Position numbers and translations under genes: made by a program. From assembly GCA_002189035.1 (NCBI GenBank), contig NEEC01000002.1:1922001-1986000 (forward strand): DNA of 64,000 nucleotides, written 5' to 3'. Positions within the stretch are counted from its first letter, which is position 1; the number at the start of each line of letters is the position of its first letter. Of this stretch, positions 22,314-36,568 are shown in pieces. Source of the stretch: Utricularia gibba (lineage: Eukaryota > Plantae > Magnoliophyta). Under the pieces are notes generated by a model, which made no database searches, had not been told where the DNA came from, and was given only the letters and a program-made list of their open reading frames with translations.

Positions 22314-22814
22314 TTAGTGGGGGGATATGTTGACGAGTGTGATAAAAGAGTGAGCAGCACACACACAGATACACACACTCGCACACAGCGTCACAGAAAT
22401 GAAATTATGTAATTTGAATTTCAAACTCATTTTGGTTTTGGGTTCTTGATAGCTCAATTCATGATATGTCAATTATGCGCGTGCATTAGCGGTGCAGTTG
22501 GTTTGTTAATTAATTTAGGGTTGTCCGAATGCAAGCACAAAATTATCATTGGAATCTACAAATTCTAGGCATCAATTTTCAATAATACTGATAGATGGAA
22601 TATCTAATTCCACACGGAAGTGAATTGGTCAGAGTCTGATACAATAATTAATGTTGACAGCAACCACACAATGTGCAAATTAAAACTGCTAATAAGCCCA
22701 AATGTGGTCAGTGTCTAATACATTAACTAAAGAAAGGACAATTGTATAATACATGATAGAGGTTTCTCTAAATTCTATAAATATTCTTCGATGCACATTT
22801 TTGATACTAGAATT

Positions 22815-22976
22815 GGCAGGGGCCGCGCGAACGCAGGCCCCCTCTACCACAAATTATGACGTAGGCTCGACCCATTGGGCCGACCTTAAGCGGGCGCCCC
22901 TCCTAAGTGCAATGGAGGTCGCCAACTTAGGCCATAGGCCGGCTTGATCGCCCATCGACCCCGTCCAGGTAAGTAT
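22815..22976 (-). ncRNA. U1: U1 spliceosomal snRNA
   Basis: Starts ATACTTACCTGG. Loop II ATTGCAC, Sm site AATTTGTGG, terminal hairpin GGGGCC..GCGTTCGCGC..GGCCCC. About 162 nt. Confidence 0.97.
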
Positions 22977-22999
22977 GGAGCTTGGTGCCACCCCGTATG

Positions 23000-23050
23000 T
23001 TTTTATACCCAACACCTCGCCCAAATCTGTTCTCTTTCCCGATGTGGGTG
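23000..23050 (-). promoter_or_regulatory. Plant snRNA promoter: USE + TATA with Pol II spacing
   Basis: CACCCACATCG (consensus RTCCCACATCG) at 23050-23040 and TATAAAAA at 23007-23000, 32 bp apart. TATA begins 31 nt before the U1 start. Confidence 0.9.
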
Positions 23051-23244
23051 TAGAACACCCCGCTAAGAGGGTGGTTTTAAACCACTAGTTCACCGCATCT
23101 GTGTCCTTACAGCAGCTAGAGATTGGACTTTGGAGTTTCGTTTTGCTGTTGTTGTTTTTGGAGGATACGCATTTCTTGCTACTCCGTTTAAGGGCCACAC
23201 GAACAGGGGAAAGTTCGTTCTTTTGCGACAGTCGGATATTTAGC

Positions 23245-24767
23245 ATGGTAAAGAATCGCGCATTTCTGCTCCTTTCCTGTTGATTTTAGGGTTATGGTGA
23301 TGGGTTTCAGGAAAGTCTTGGAGGCGAGGATCCTAAGAAGCTGAAGCTCTACTCCTACTGGCGGAGCACTTGCTCGTGGCGCGTGCGAATTGCTCTGAAT
23401 TTTAAAGGTATGCCTTTATGATTATTCTCTATTCTTTGTTGTTCATGACAATAATTAGGAACTTGGGTGCTTTGAACTTTTCAGGATTGGATTATGAGTA
23501 CATACCTGTTAACCTTCTCAAGGGGGAACAAAAAGCTCCTGGTTTGAGTCTCTTATCGGTGCTTTTGTTTCTTAGCTCCATGCACTAGATTCAGCAATTG
23601 TTATTTGCTCTACGTATCAGAATTTTTGAAGCTTAATCCGTCTGGATACGTACCAGTGCTAGTTGATGGCGACATTGTTATTGCGGATTCCTTGGCAATT
23701 ATATTGGCAAGTTTCTTTACGAACAGTCTGTCTGGGATTCTTTGGTTTCACAAGCTTGACTTGATGATTGGTTTAATTAATCAGTATTTAGAAGAGAAGT
23801 ATCCTCAGCACCCGTTGCTACCTCAGGATCCTCAGATGAAAGCTCTGAATTTCCAGGTTAATAAACTTCATTTAACAGTATAATTAACCAGGCCTTCTGG
23901 TTTGCTACTTCCTCGTGCATTCTGCATTGGGGAATATGTCAGTTCGAACTCCTCATGAATGCAATGCTGTTGTGTTCTTGTTTTTTCTTGTTGTAGGCGG
24001 CTACTCTCATCGGTGCAAACACACAGCCGTACCAGAATATGCCAATAATTGTGAGTTCCTACTTCCTGTGTTTCTAGCCGTTTCAGTGCAGTGTCGGAAG
24101 GTGTAATGCTATGGTAATGAAACCAGAATAATCCAACCTTGCACGTTCTCAGGCTTATATTAAGGAAAAACTTGGGCAAGAAGAGATGCTTGCTTGGATC
24201 CATCGTCATGCAAACAATGCATTTGATGGTGAGTGCTCGTAGTGATTCTTTTCCTGATCATGGAATTTTTTGATGATAAGTGCTTATGAACCACTTGCAA
24301 TTTCAGATACCTCTATGAACCACTTGCAATTTCAGACTCTTCGCATTTTTTGTATTAAAAAAAAGACCAAATAACCAAGCTGTTGAATTTGCAGCATTGG
24401 AGAATCTTTTGAGAAGTTATTCTGGGATGTATGCGACGGGAGATGAACCCTTGCTGGTTAGCAATCCTTTTTCTCTGTCAAATGCATGCTGCATTCTACT
24501 CTGCATAAATGATGAAAAACATGGGCTTCTGTAGGCTGATGTGTTCTTGGCACCTCAGATCGATGCAACAGTGACAAGATTCAATTTTGACTTGGTATCA
24601 TTATACACGCAAATTGCAAATGCATTCTTGCTCATTTGATAACCGAGAAGCTTGTGTTATTGCAGAGCAAATATGAGAAGCTATCGAAGCTCTACGAATC
24701 ATACAAAGAGCATCCTGCTTTCCTGAAGGCCATGCCTGCAAACCAGCCAGACGCACCTACCACCTGA
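23245..24767 (+). CDS. GSTZ: Glutathione S-transferase zeta (maleylacetoacetate isomerase-like)
   Basis: Probable ATG-only first exon (23245-23247), then [57 protein letters not shown] and [10 protein letters not shown]. One GC-AG intron (23707-23784). Confidence 0.93.
24285..24336 (+). repeat. Intronic direct repeat, 23-bp unit x2 (period 29)
   Basis: tatgaaccacttgcaatttcaga at 24285 and 24314. Confidence 0.85.
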
Positions 24768-25056
24768 ATTCAATAAAGCCTAATGTGCCAGTTCTAGTGG
24801 AGTGAACCACATATTGTTCCCATGGAAACTGCGATTCTACTTCCCAATAAAAGGCTTCATGTTACCTAATTTGCAGAAATTAAATGAATGGTTTACTGCG
24901 GATGCAAAGGAAAAGATAAGAGCACATCATTGGGCAACAAAGATGAATAGCACTGCTATCCTCCACAACGAAGTCGCTTAAGATATGCAACGAAAAGGAA
25001 AAAAATGAAGAATCTTTCGAGCAGAGCACAAAACGAACACGAGTGACACCATTTCA

Positions 25057-26400
<1,344 letters not shown>

Positions 26401-27171
26401 TGCTCTCTTCTCCCAGGAACGATGACTGCGATCTGCTACAAGAAACCCTAGTTGCGACATGTACAAGCTAATATACCGGCCAGGTATTGGGCTTTTACCC
26501 TCAAGCGTTGCTTAGCTCAGCCCTACAAATTTGGGCTTAGATACTCTTGGGCTTTTTTACATATCCAATACGCGGAAGCCCATGATTTGATTTCAAATAA
26601 AAAATAAGATGAAATTTGATTTAATTGATATTTATAAATAAAATGTGTCATTTGAGTATTATACTAAAAAATATGAAAAATAAATGATTCATCATAATAT
26701 TACAAAGAAGAGAAATCACCAAAATTTATCTTTATGATAATTTTAATCCTTGATAAATAATACATTATAAATTTCAATCTGCATATTAAATCAAATATTT
26801 CATTTACAATTCTCTCAAATCCCTACGACTATCTCATACCAAACACGTGCTGAAAGTCTATGAAAGTACAAAGAAGGGGCAAGACATGACATGCTTGTTT
26901 GTATTCTGGTTTACTGATGGCTTGCCATAAAAAAAAAAATATCCAATTTGTGGTATAATCTGATCATATTAAAACAACACAGGAGTGAAACATGAATTAT
27001 ACAATAAAAATCTCTCGTATCCAGTACCCAAAACTCTAAACCCTAAACCCTGAAACTGATCTGCTCACAATTGAAACCTTTTGAAGAAGAACTCAAAGTC
27101 CTCTGAATACTTGCTCAGCTAGCTGCTGTTCTGGTGTATGATGGGATGTTTCCCCCCATTGAGATGGTCTC

Positions 27172-29491
27172 CTAGTACGTGGGGAGTACTTGCGTGGCCA
27201 TGTATGGCGAAACGCAGCCTTGTACCTGGAAGATAAGAAGATGAAAACTTCCATGTATCACAGCAAACTCAGGTTCCACAAATCACAGGCATAGTTTACG
27301 ATAACCATCCTTCCATGTAGAAGAATGATGATGGCCATGATGGGAGTGAATGGATGAGTGGGTACGCTTGAGTGGTAACGAAGGAAAAGCTTACCTGCAG
27401 CAAGGATGATGGAATTTGAATAAATCCCTGAAGCAGCAAATCCACGCCATTGAGAATTGATTGTGGTACAGGGGTTAGGAGGAGAAGCACTCCTTTGGAT
27501 GTGTCAATGCTTCTTACAATCCCTGGATAACAGAGCACTGGATGCCGTGAGGAAGCTGAAGGAGCTTATTACAGTGAAAAAATGAAGTGATTACTGGAGA
27601 ATGAAACATGTACAACTGCTTCAAGACTCACCCAAGCCAACACACTGGGGGAAATTCTTGGAAGATGCACTGTCGGCCAGGCCAACTATGGTCGCATTTA
27701 AACTGTAGAATGTTTCTGTCACAGGAAACTGAGACACGAAAGAAATTGAGCAATCATTAAAAAAGTACAAGTATTGCTTAATATTTATGATGCAATCAAA
27801 AGTAGCTCAACAACACATGGTAAATCGACAGTGTAATCTGATCAACCTGGCAATGGAGGTGCTGGATTTTTACACTTGATATTGGAACCTCGTAAGGAGG
27901 ATGAGCACTCAATGCACGGGCAAGTTCCTTATATGTGTAGAAAGATTTGTAACTTGGAAAAATCTGACGAAAGTAAGTCATGAGATGTAAATCTCGCTGA
28001 AAGCGTGCATCTTTTTGCTCCAAAAGCCTGCGAAAGTAGTGGTTATCAGAGTAAATTATACTTATCATGTTCATTCCGAGGATCAGATTGAGATTTTAAC
28101 AGCTTCTTCCCAAGAAATGCATGAACTCAAAATACGAAAGTAGTAATTAGAGCAAGAGGTCGTACGATCTCCCGAGATGGTCTTGACGAGCAGCATTGAT
28201 CTCTATGATTGTCACAGCATTTGTGGCTGGACTATGCAACCAAAATGGCCCTATTGGTAAATTCTTGTTCTTAAAAGACGTCTGGATCTTGACAACATGG
28301 GTCGGAGAAATATGGTTTAGCATATCAACTAACAGTTCGTAACCAATACCTGTGGAGCAAAAATAGAAGAAAAACTAAGGCATGAAGAATAACTTTACTA
28401 AAAGAAAACACGGATAGAAGAAGTAACCAATACCTGTGGAGCAAAAATAGAAGAAAAACTAAGGCATGAAGAATAACTTTACTAAAAGAAAACACGGATA
28501 GAAGAAGTACCTTTCACCCAGCCACAAGTATTTATGACAAGTGGAAGGCCAGAGCTGAACATGTCCTTCATATAGTCTTCATACAATGATAAAAAGTACG
28601 ACAGAAACATGGTTGGGTCTCTCTTTGGGGATATGTCTCCGAAAAACAGGCATCTGTATCAAAAACCATATTGAATAGTTGGACATATCAATCTCTGAAA
28701 GCTCTTATGCGGATACTTACAAAGGACAACTGAATTTTCAATCCATACCTTTCAGGTGTTTTCAAGCAGGCGATGGTCAAGTCTAAACATAAACCAGACA
28801 AACGCAATCAGAGGAAATGTACCAAAGATAAAAATAGGGAATAAAATGAAACCAACGGCAGCCTCACAAATGTGGCTAGCTTTCAATCACCTGGATTTAT
28901 TTTGTCAATAACAGTCAGTGATAAGAGCCCGGGAGGAGTAAACTCTGTTTGGCCAACATCAGTTTCAAGGAAAGCCACCTTCTTGTGCCTGATATCAAGA
29001 AGAACCAAGTCTGTGGATCATCTGACTACTAATCTGCCGCTGTGTATGATCTATTTTTCTCATAAAAGTCTAGAATTTGCAGGGAACGACAAATGAATCC
29101 TATCTTCAATTTGTGCACATTAACAAAAGCACAAAAAAACAGAACAATGCTCATATCCATAAACACAGAAACAAAAGGCAAAACATACTCTAGGAAACTC
29201 TGAAGATAATTAGCAATTGCAAGTCCGAAAACAACAAAAGAAACGATTTTGAGCAATCACATCCAAGCCTGACACCATGGAATAAGATAAAAAACGAATT
29301 AATAGATTATTTTAGGCACCTCTGGAGAAGAATATTGACGAGATAGCGTGCGAAACTAGATTTCCCACAGTTTTTCGGGCCGCAGATAAAAGCAATCGGA
29401 GTAGCATCGGATATTGCTTCCGCTGCATCAGACCACTCCCGGGTATGAAGATTTTACCAGATGGGCTCACAGTTCCAGGAGAAGCCGCCAT
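27172..29491 (-). CDS. NOL9: Polynucleotide 5'-hydroxyl kinase NOL9/Grc3 (Clp1 family); apparent frameshift at 29438-29440
   Basis: IFIP-EWSDAA, Walker A CGPKNCGKS, ETDVGQTEFTPPG, LVINTCGWVKGIGYELL, PYEVPISSV, CVGLGIVRSID and VSPY..*. Nine exons. Confidence 0.9.
28339..28506 (+). repeat. Exact tandem duplication, 84 bp x2, covering most of a NOL9 intron, its acceptor and 11 nt of exon
   Basis: gtaaccaatacctgtggagc...gatagaagaa at 28339-28422 and 28423-28506, identical by eye. Confidence 0.95.
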
Positions 29492-30017
29492 ATCCACGGC
29501 CTAAGTAATTTGCACTTGAGTTATTTCCCTGCACTTCCCAGAGTCGTTTCCTGTTTGTAAAGAGCGGGTACTCAATCTTTTTTTTTTTTTAATGCAACTC
29601 TTATGCAAATTACGCATTAATTTTTATTAATGTTAAAATGTTAATAATTATTTAAAAATTCAAAAACCTTTGATTAAATTCGATTGCTTGAATCTTTAAT
29701 TAAAAATGTTAATATTTCTTTAAAAAGTTGTTTTGTAAATTGTTAAAATTGTTAATAATTAAAAACAAATATATTAAAATTATATTAATCTTAATTTTAA
29801 TGATCCGGGCAGAAGTTTTATGATCACTCTGCTAACATTGAACAAGAAGGCATATCCAACCCCTTAGTAAAGAATCCAGCATGCTGTTTAACATCACTAT
29901 TGTTATCAAAATGGAGGATGAAGTTTACATGAATTAATGATGCTCCAAGTATAATACAACTTTAAAAGTACGCTTCCATTTCCATTGATCGAAGGGATAT
30001 CTATGATGCTTTCGGTT

Positions 30018-31150
30018 TCAGGAACAGATGGCTCTCTCTAGTGCTTCCTGCAGCTCTCCGTTCTTGAATGCTTCTGCATCAAAGCTCAAGATTTCCCAGT
30101 GAGTCTTTTCAAACAACTTGTGCGCATAAGATCAAACGAAAATAGTATTTCTAGCTCCCACACAAGTAACATGGGGAGCCACATCCAGAAGTATTCATAT
30201 TTTTTTCCCTTCACAAAGAAGGTAACACAAATGGAACCTAACGTCTTTAAGCCTCAACAAAGAACATGGATCTCATTTACTCAAATATAATCTAGCCAAA
30301 GGTTAAGGAGATGCACTCACCAACGGTAATGTCACAGCCACCAAAGAATTCTCCATCGATGTATAGTTGTGGGAATGTAGGCCATGATGAATATTCCTTC
30401 AGACCCTGACGCAGAGCTTCATTTTCAAGAATGTTGATGGCTTCAAAAGGGATGTTCAAGGACTTCAATATCTGCACCATGGTATTTGAAAATCCACAAA
30501 GAGGAAACTCCTTGGTTCCTTTCATGAAGACGACTACTTTGTGTGCAGAGATAACTTTATCTAAGGTGTCCTTCAGCTGAGGGGTCAGAGCTGTCCACAC
30601 ACACACACACAAAAAAAGCAATAAAGATCAGCTACTGAAGGGTTCATTTCATTTGTGGCATCGTAGTTTGAATTCTGTCGCCTAAAAGTAGAATAAAAAA
30701 AACCCATAAAAACGGAATGAAATAGCAAAGAAGCAAAACAGCATTCTGTCTCCTAGAAGCACAATCATGAGAAACCAAGGGAACGCAATGACCAAGAAGT
30801 TACATGAACCACATAATCTCTGCACATCGCTACGCTACATCTCTCATACAAGGGAGAAAGGTTGGGAACTGGTCTCCCGGCAACCTAGAGGGCTTAATAC
30901 AGTTACAGCTGCAGATGTACAAATATAAACAAAAAAATTAAGGCACCCAAGTACCTGAAAAACATCGGAAGGAGCTGGTTTTATAGCTCCTAGAAAAAGA
31001 AATCCTCGAGGAAATTTTCAGTTTCGAAATCTGGTCTGCGGTCCGACCCGCTCTGTGAACTGGGATTAGCGTACAGAGAGGGGAATGAGCGAAAGGTGAA
31101 ATAGAAGTCGCCGAAGGGAAGGAGGCCGAGAATCGAGAGCTCACAGCCAT
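30018..31150 (-). CDS. GRXS14: Plastid monothiol (CGFS) glutaredoxin, GRXS14/CXIP1-like
   Basis: Ser-rich transit peptide, then VVVFMKGTKEFPLCGFSN, WPTFPQLYIDGEFFGGCDI and last exon EAFKNGELQEALERAICS*. Confidence 0.95.
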
Positions 31151-31705
31151 CTCCCAACCACAACACTTCGACTGGAACCCCACCTTCCGCCTTGATAAAA
31201 AATTTTGACCAATTATCTTTTTTTTCAAATAATTAGAAATTTAGACTATACTTTATGCATAATGTATAAATTAATTTCATAATTCATTTAATCCTATTCC
31301 TTTAGATAATTTTTTTCGTTTATTCTAATTAAATATATTAAATAATTTTAAAATAAAAAAAAAAAACAGTTTTAAAATGAGAGCCAAAGCATTGGGAATA
31401 GTTGAGGTATGCAAATAGTAATAATAAAAAAGAGAATTGAGAATTATATATATATTTTAATGGAAAAAGAAGGGTGACGTTGTCGTCCGTAGAATGCCAG
31501 TTTTCCCCGCCATCCTCCCCGCTGCGTTGATTTCCTTCTTTCCACTCCTCCGAGAATGCCACTTTCCGATCTCCTCCGTTGCATTTTCTGCACGATCTAT
31601 GTGTTTTCTTGTTTCTTTCTTCTGCAGTTGAATCCGAGGACGAGTAGTTGTGTTTCTCGTCGGCATTTTCGTCCATAGACGAAAACACAACACATTGGGG
31701 AGAAA

Positions 31706-34700
31706 ATGAACGATAGATTGGAAGAGGAACACCGAGCGGCGTTGGATTCCATGGCGCCGTCAGCTCCGCCTCGGAAGTCGCACTCTTACAGCCAGCAGCT
31801 AAGAGCCAACACCGGGAATCATCATCAAAAGCGGCATGAGCTCCGGAAACATAGCCTCGACGAGAATCGCATTCTCAACAGCCATCATCCTAAAAAGATC
31901 ACCGCTTATTATTCCTCCGATGAGGATGATGAATTTCATCCCTATGCCATGGTGACCGGCAGCGTTAGTGATCACCATGTCGATTATCTTCAGCTTGGTG
32001 AGAAGATTGCGAATGCGGATGGTGTGGGAAGTGAAGGCTTTGATGATTCCCAAAATTGGCCTCAGCAACCGTTGCCAGAGTTCACCGCCGCGGGTGGTGG
32101 AGCGGAATATTTGAGGTTCCAAACAGGGCCCCTGTGAATCCCACTCGTCCTCCTTGCCTTGAGCTTCGTCCTCATCCTTTGAGGGAAACACAAGTAGGAT
32201 TTTCATGAAATATACTAGAGTGTGCATGTGATTGTCCTTGAACAATTTAAAAGTAGAATTTATGTTTCTTAAAAGAACAATGTTCATGCCTATTTCCTTT
32301 GTTGATTTGCAATCCCACTTATTTATGCATCTAAATTGGAAGCTGAATTCTCGCAACTAGGTAAAATTTAGTTTATTTTCTTATAAGATACGAAATGCTA
32401 TTTTCCTTCAGGTTGGAAAGTTCTTGAGGACTTTTGCCACTACAGAGACCCAACTTTGGTGTGGGGAAGAATCGTGTGTGAGAGTATGGAACTATACTGA
32501 TGCATATATGCCTGGGACTGGGGTAGGAGGAAGAGCCAGGAGAGGTGACGAGGACTCAGCTCCATTTTATGAGTCGATCACTACGCCAGCGACCCTATGC
32601 TTAACTGTTGATCAAGGAAGCCAGCTAGTTTGGAGTGGGCATAAAGATGGTAAAATTCGATCTTGGAGGATGGGTGATTCTTTTTCTTCCGAAGATGGTT
32701 TCAAGGAGGGTCTTTCTTGGCAGGCACATCGTGGTCCTGTTCTCTCCATGGAAATGTCATCTTATGGTATATCTTCTTTAAGATTTCTGAAATTTCCATT
32801 AGACTGATATACCTGCATTGTAGAAAAACCAATGCGACTATTCATCAAGAAATGAACTTTTTGATTTTTTTTTTTTTTTTTTTTTTTTGCTGGATTTAGG
32901 TGATCTGTGGTCAGGATCAGAGGGTGGTGTAATAAGAGTTTGGCCATGGGAAGTTGTGGAGAAGTCTTTGTCTTTATCACCAGAAGAAAAACACATGGCT
33001 ACTTTATTGGTGGAAAGATCACTTATTGAGCTCAAAAACCAAGTGACAGTTAATGGAGTATGCCAAATCCCTTCTACAGATGTCAAGATTTTGCTATCAG
33101 ATACTGCACGAGCCAAAGTTTGGGCTGCTGGTTCTTGTACATTCTCTCTCTGGTACGCCTATACCATTCTGATACATTTTTTTTACCATTGGCAGTTAAT
33201 TTTCTTTGCTTTTAGGAGAGTGTCTTACAGTTGAAGTTGAAGGAATATTTGGCTATTATGAGGATATCGTTTTATACCTATTAGTGATGAATAATCATGT
33301 CGATGCAACAGGGATGCTCGTACGAGAGAACTTTTAAAAGTATTTAACATAGAAGGTCAGATAGAGAATCGTGTTGATGTTCCATCATCACAAGAACAGC
33401 AAGTGGAGGATGAGATCAATGTTAAGTTTGTATCCAAGTCTAAAAAGGAGAAATCTTCAGGCTTCTTGCAGCGCTCTCGTAATGCAATACTAGGGGCAGC
33501 TGATGCTGTTCGGCGTGTAGCATCAAAGGGAGGTAATGAAGATGGGAAAAGAACCGAAGCTATAGTCCTTGCTGCTAATGGAATGATTTGGACAGGATGT
33601 TCGAATGGTTTGTTAATCCAGTGGGATGAAAATGGAAAGCGTGTAAAAGATATCACTCATGATGCTTGCGCTGTTTTGTGCTTTTGCTGTCATGGTTCAC
33701 GGATATGGGTAGGATACGTAAGTGGAATGATGTTGGTGATGGACCTTGAAGGAAATACGGTTGCCACTTGGCTTGCCCATTACGGCCCAGTTATAAAGTT
33801 AGTAATAGGAAATGGTACAGTTTTTAGCTTAGCAACACATGGTGGAGTAAGGGGATGGAACATTTCATCTCCGGCACCTATCGACGAAATATTAAGATAT
33901 GAGATATCTGAAAGAGAAATCATGTATACGAGGTTGCAAAATCTCAAAATTTTAGTTGGAACATGGAATGTTGGCCAGGGAAGGGCTTCTCATGATGCCA
34001 TAAGACTCTGGCTAGGTTCAGGCTTATCAGATGTTGATATCGTAGTTGTTGGGTTACAAGAAGTAGAAATGGGTGCTGGCTTTCTTGCAATGTCTGCTGC
34101 AAAAGAAACTGTATGTTTTCCAACAATTTTAGCTTCCATTACAGTTGTTATAACTTCTAACTACTCATGTCCTTTTAGGTAGGGATAGAAGGAAGTGCAG
34201 CTGGTCAATGGTGGCAAGATAATATTGGCAAGACATTAGATGAAGAATCAACTTTTGAACGAGTGGGTTCTCGTCAGTTGGCTGGTTTGATGATTGCAAT
34301 ATGGTACGTATAACCCTGCTATGAATCTTGCTTTGCAATTTTCAAAGTTCTAAAGGCTGTCGTTGGCTAAATTTCAGGGTGAGAAAGACTCTCAGATCTC
34401 ATGTTGGTGACCTTGATGTAGCAGCAGTTGCATGTGGTTTAGGCCGTGCGATTGGTAATAAGGTGCCCACATAGAGTCTTGCCTTTTGTTATTGACTAGA
34501 TGTTTTTCTGTACACTAAGAATGTAAGATCATTACTTGCAGGGAGGCGTAGGATTAAGGTTGAGGGTATTTGATCGGATTATGTGCTTTGTAAATTGTCA
34601 CTTGGCTGCTCATTTGGAAGCTGTTAATCGACGGAACGCTGATTTTGATCATATATATCGGACTATGTCTTTCACAAGGTCATCTAACTTCGTAAATAAT

Positions 34701-36241
34701 GCTGCTGGTATGCTGCGATACCTGTACTTGTGTTGCTCTATAGTCATCTCCACATATTTATTATGGATACTTCATTCTTGTGGCTTGTCATGGATTCTGT
34801 GTATTGCAGCCGGTGTTTCTGCAAACGCTCAGATGCTTCGTGGTGGTCCAAATGTATGTGCCCACATCTATTCATGCCATTTTTCTCTTGTGACTTTCAT
34901 GTTATTATTTCATATAATTTTGACAGGCCTCAACGTCTAAACATGATGAAGGAAAGCCTGATCTTGCTGAAGCTGATATGGTCATAATCTTCGGTGATTT
35001 CAACTATCGTCTCTTTGGAATATCATATGATGAAGCTCGGGATTTTGTTTCCCAAAGAAGCTTTGACTGGCTTCGAGAAAAAGACCAACTGAGAGCTGAA
35101 ATGAAAGCTGGAAAAGTTTTTCAAGGAATGCGTGAGGCACTCATCAGGTTCCCTCCTACTTACAAGTTTGAAAGGGGAAAACCAGGACTGGGAGGTATTG
35201 TGTTCTTGAGCAATAGCTTCAATAATGCTTCATAAATTTACTGTTAACGTTTTCTTTACTGGGGTTGATTAGGCTATGATTCGGGCGAGAAGAAGCGAAT
35301 CCCAGCTTGGTGTGACAGGATATTATATCGAGATAATAAGACATCTCCCAACCAAGAATGCAGTTTAGAATGCCCCATGGTTGCCTCTGTAGTACTGTAA
35401 GAAGTCACCACTAACTTTCATGTATATCTGCAGTCTTTTCATGCAAATTTTTATGATTCTTCAGCTTTGCTTAATGGTTTTTCCTTCCTTTTCGTGTGTC
35501 CATTGAAGATATGATGCCCGTATGGATGTGATCGAGAGTGATCATAAGCCGGTGCGATGCAAGATCAATGTGGATATTGCCCATGTTGACAGATCTATAA
35601 GGAGACGAGAGCTGGGAAAAATACTCAACATGAATGCAGAGATTCGGCGTCATCTACAAGCACTTAGGTTCACCCCAGAAACAGCAATCAACACAAACAG
35701 GGTAATGTTGCAACTACAGGACACCTTCACTTTGAACATCACAAATAGAAGTGCCCAGGAGAGTGTGTTTTTCCACATTACATGTGGTGGACAATCAACT
35801 TTGATGGAGAATCCCAGCTACCGTCCCAGAGGTTCGCTTGGTCTTCCTCATTGGTTGCAGGTACAGCTTACACTATATCAATGCGTTTTCTTCTATCTAT
35901 GGCGATGTGAAGCGATAATAGTTTCAATGTAGGTCACTCCTGCAGCCGGTGTGATCAACCCTGCACAAGCCGCAGAAGTAAGCATACACCATGAAGAGTT
36001 TCACACACAAGAGGAGTTCATCGATGGGATTCCACAAAGTTGGTGGTCCGAAGACACCAGAGATAAAGAGGTTGTTTTGTTTTTGAACATGAGGGGAAGT
36101 TGCTCCGTTGAGTTGAAAACTCATGAAGTATACGTACGGCTTGCCTTATCCAGAAACTCAGTCTCTAACGAGACAAGAAGAAGCATCTCGCACAGAGAGC
36201 AAGGAGTAAGTAGTCACATTCAAAAGCCTGCCTTGATGTAA
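31706..36241 (+). CDS. WD40-containing inositol polyphosphate 5-phosphatase (5PTase12/13/14 clade); apparent frameshift near 32099-32105
   Basis: [31 protein letters not shown]40-like segments, [34 protein letters not shown], catalytic GDFNYR and [15 protein letters not shown]. Confidence 0.94.
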
Positions 36242-36568
36242 TATCATTCATGCAAATGCTGGCTGCTCTTGTAACTTCCGTTCTCCACTGTAAAGAAGAA
36301 GCTCTTTTGTTTGCAAGTGTAAGCTTTGAACTAATTCATCATATCCCAGTTTGCTCATCATCACAACCACACAAAAGAGGTGCCCTCACCGGTCATAAGA
36401 ATATGTTTTTAGATTGATTGGTGCAAGTTTTCCAACAAGATGATCAACTAGAAAGTCGCATTGTGAACATAAAAAAAAAAAAAAACCACAGCGTGACAGC
36501 ACAGAGCACCATACAACTACACGATCAGCAAAAACTTCTCTGAATTTGATGGTGCAAGGTTTTTCAGG

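Noticed and set aside
27030-27060. AAACCCTAAACCCTG telomere-like repeat
   Set aside because: Only about two units; ordinary interstitial telo-box, not a telomere or telomerase template.
28950-28972. NOL9 Walker B-like motif ETDVGQ instead of DTDVGQ
   Set aside because: Conservative acidic change with the second Asp retained.
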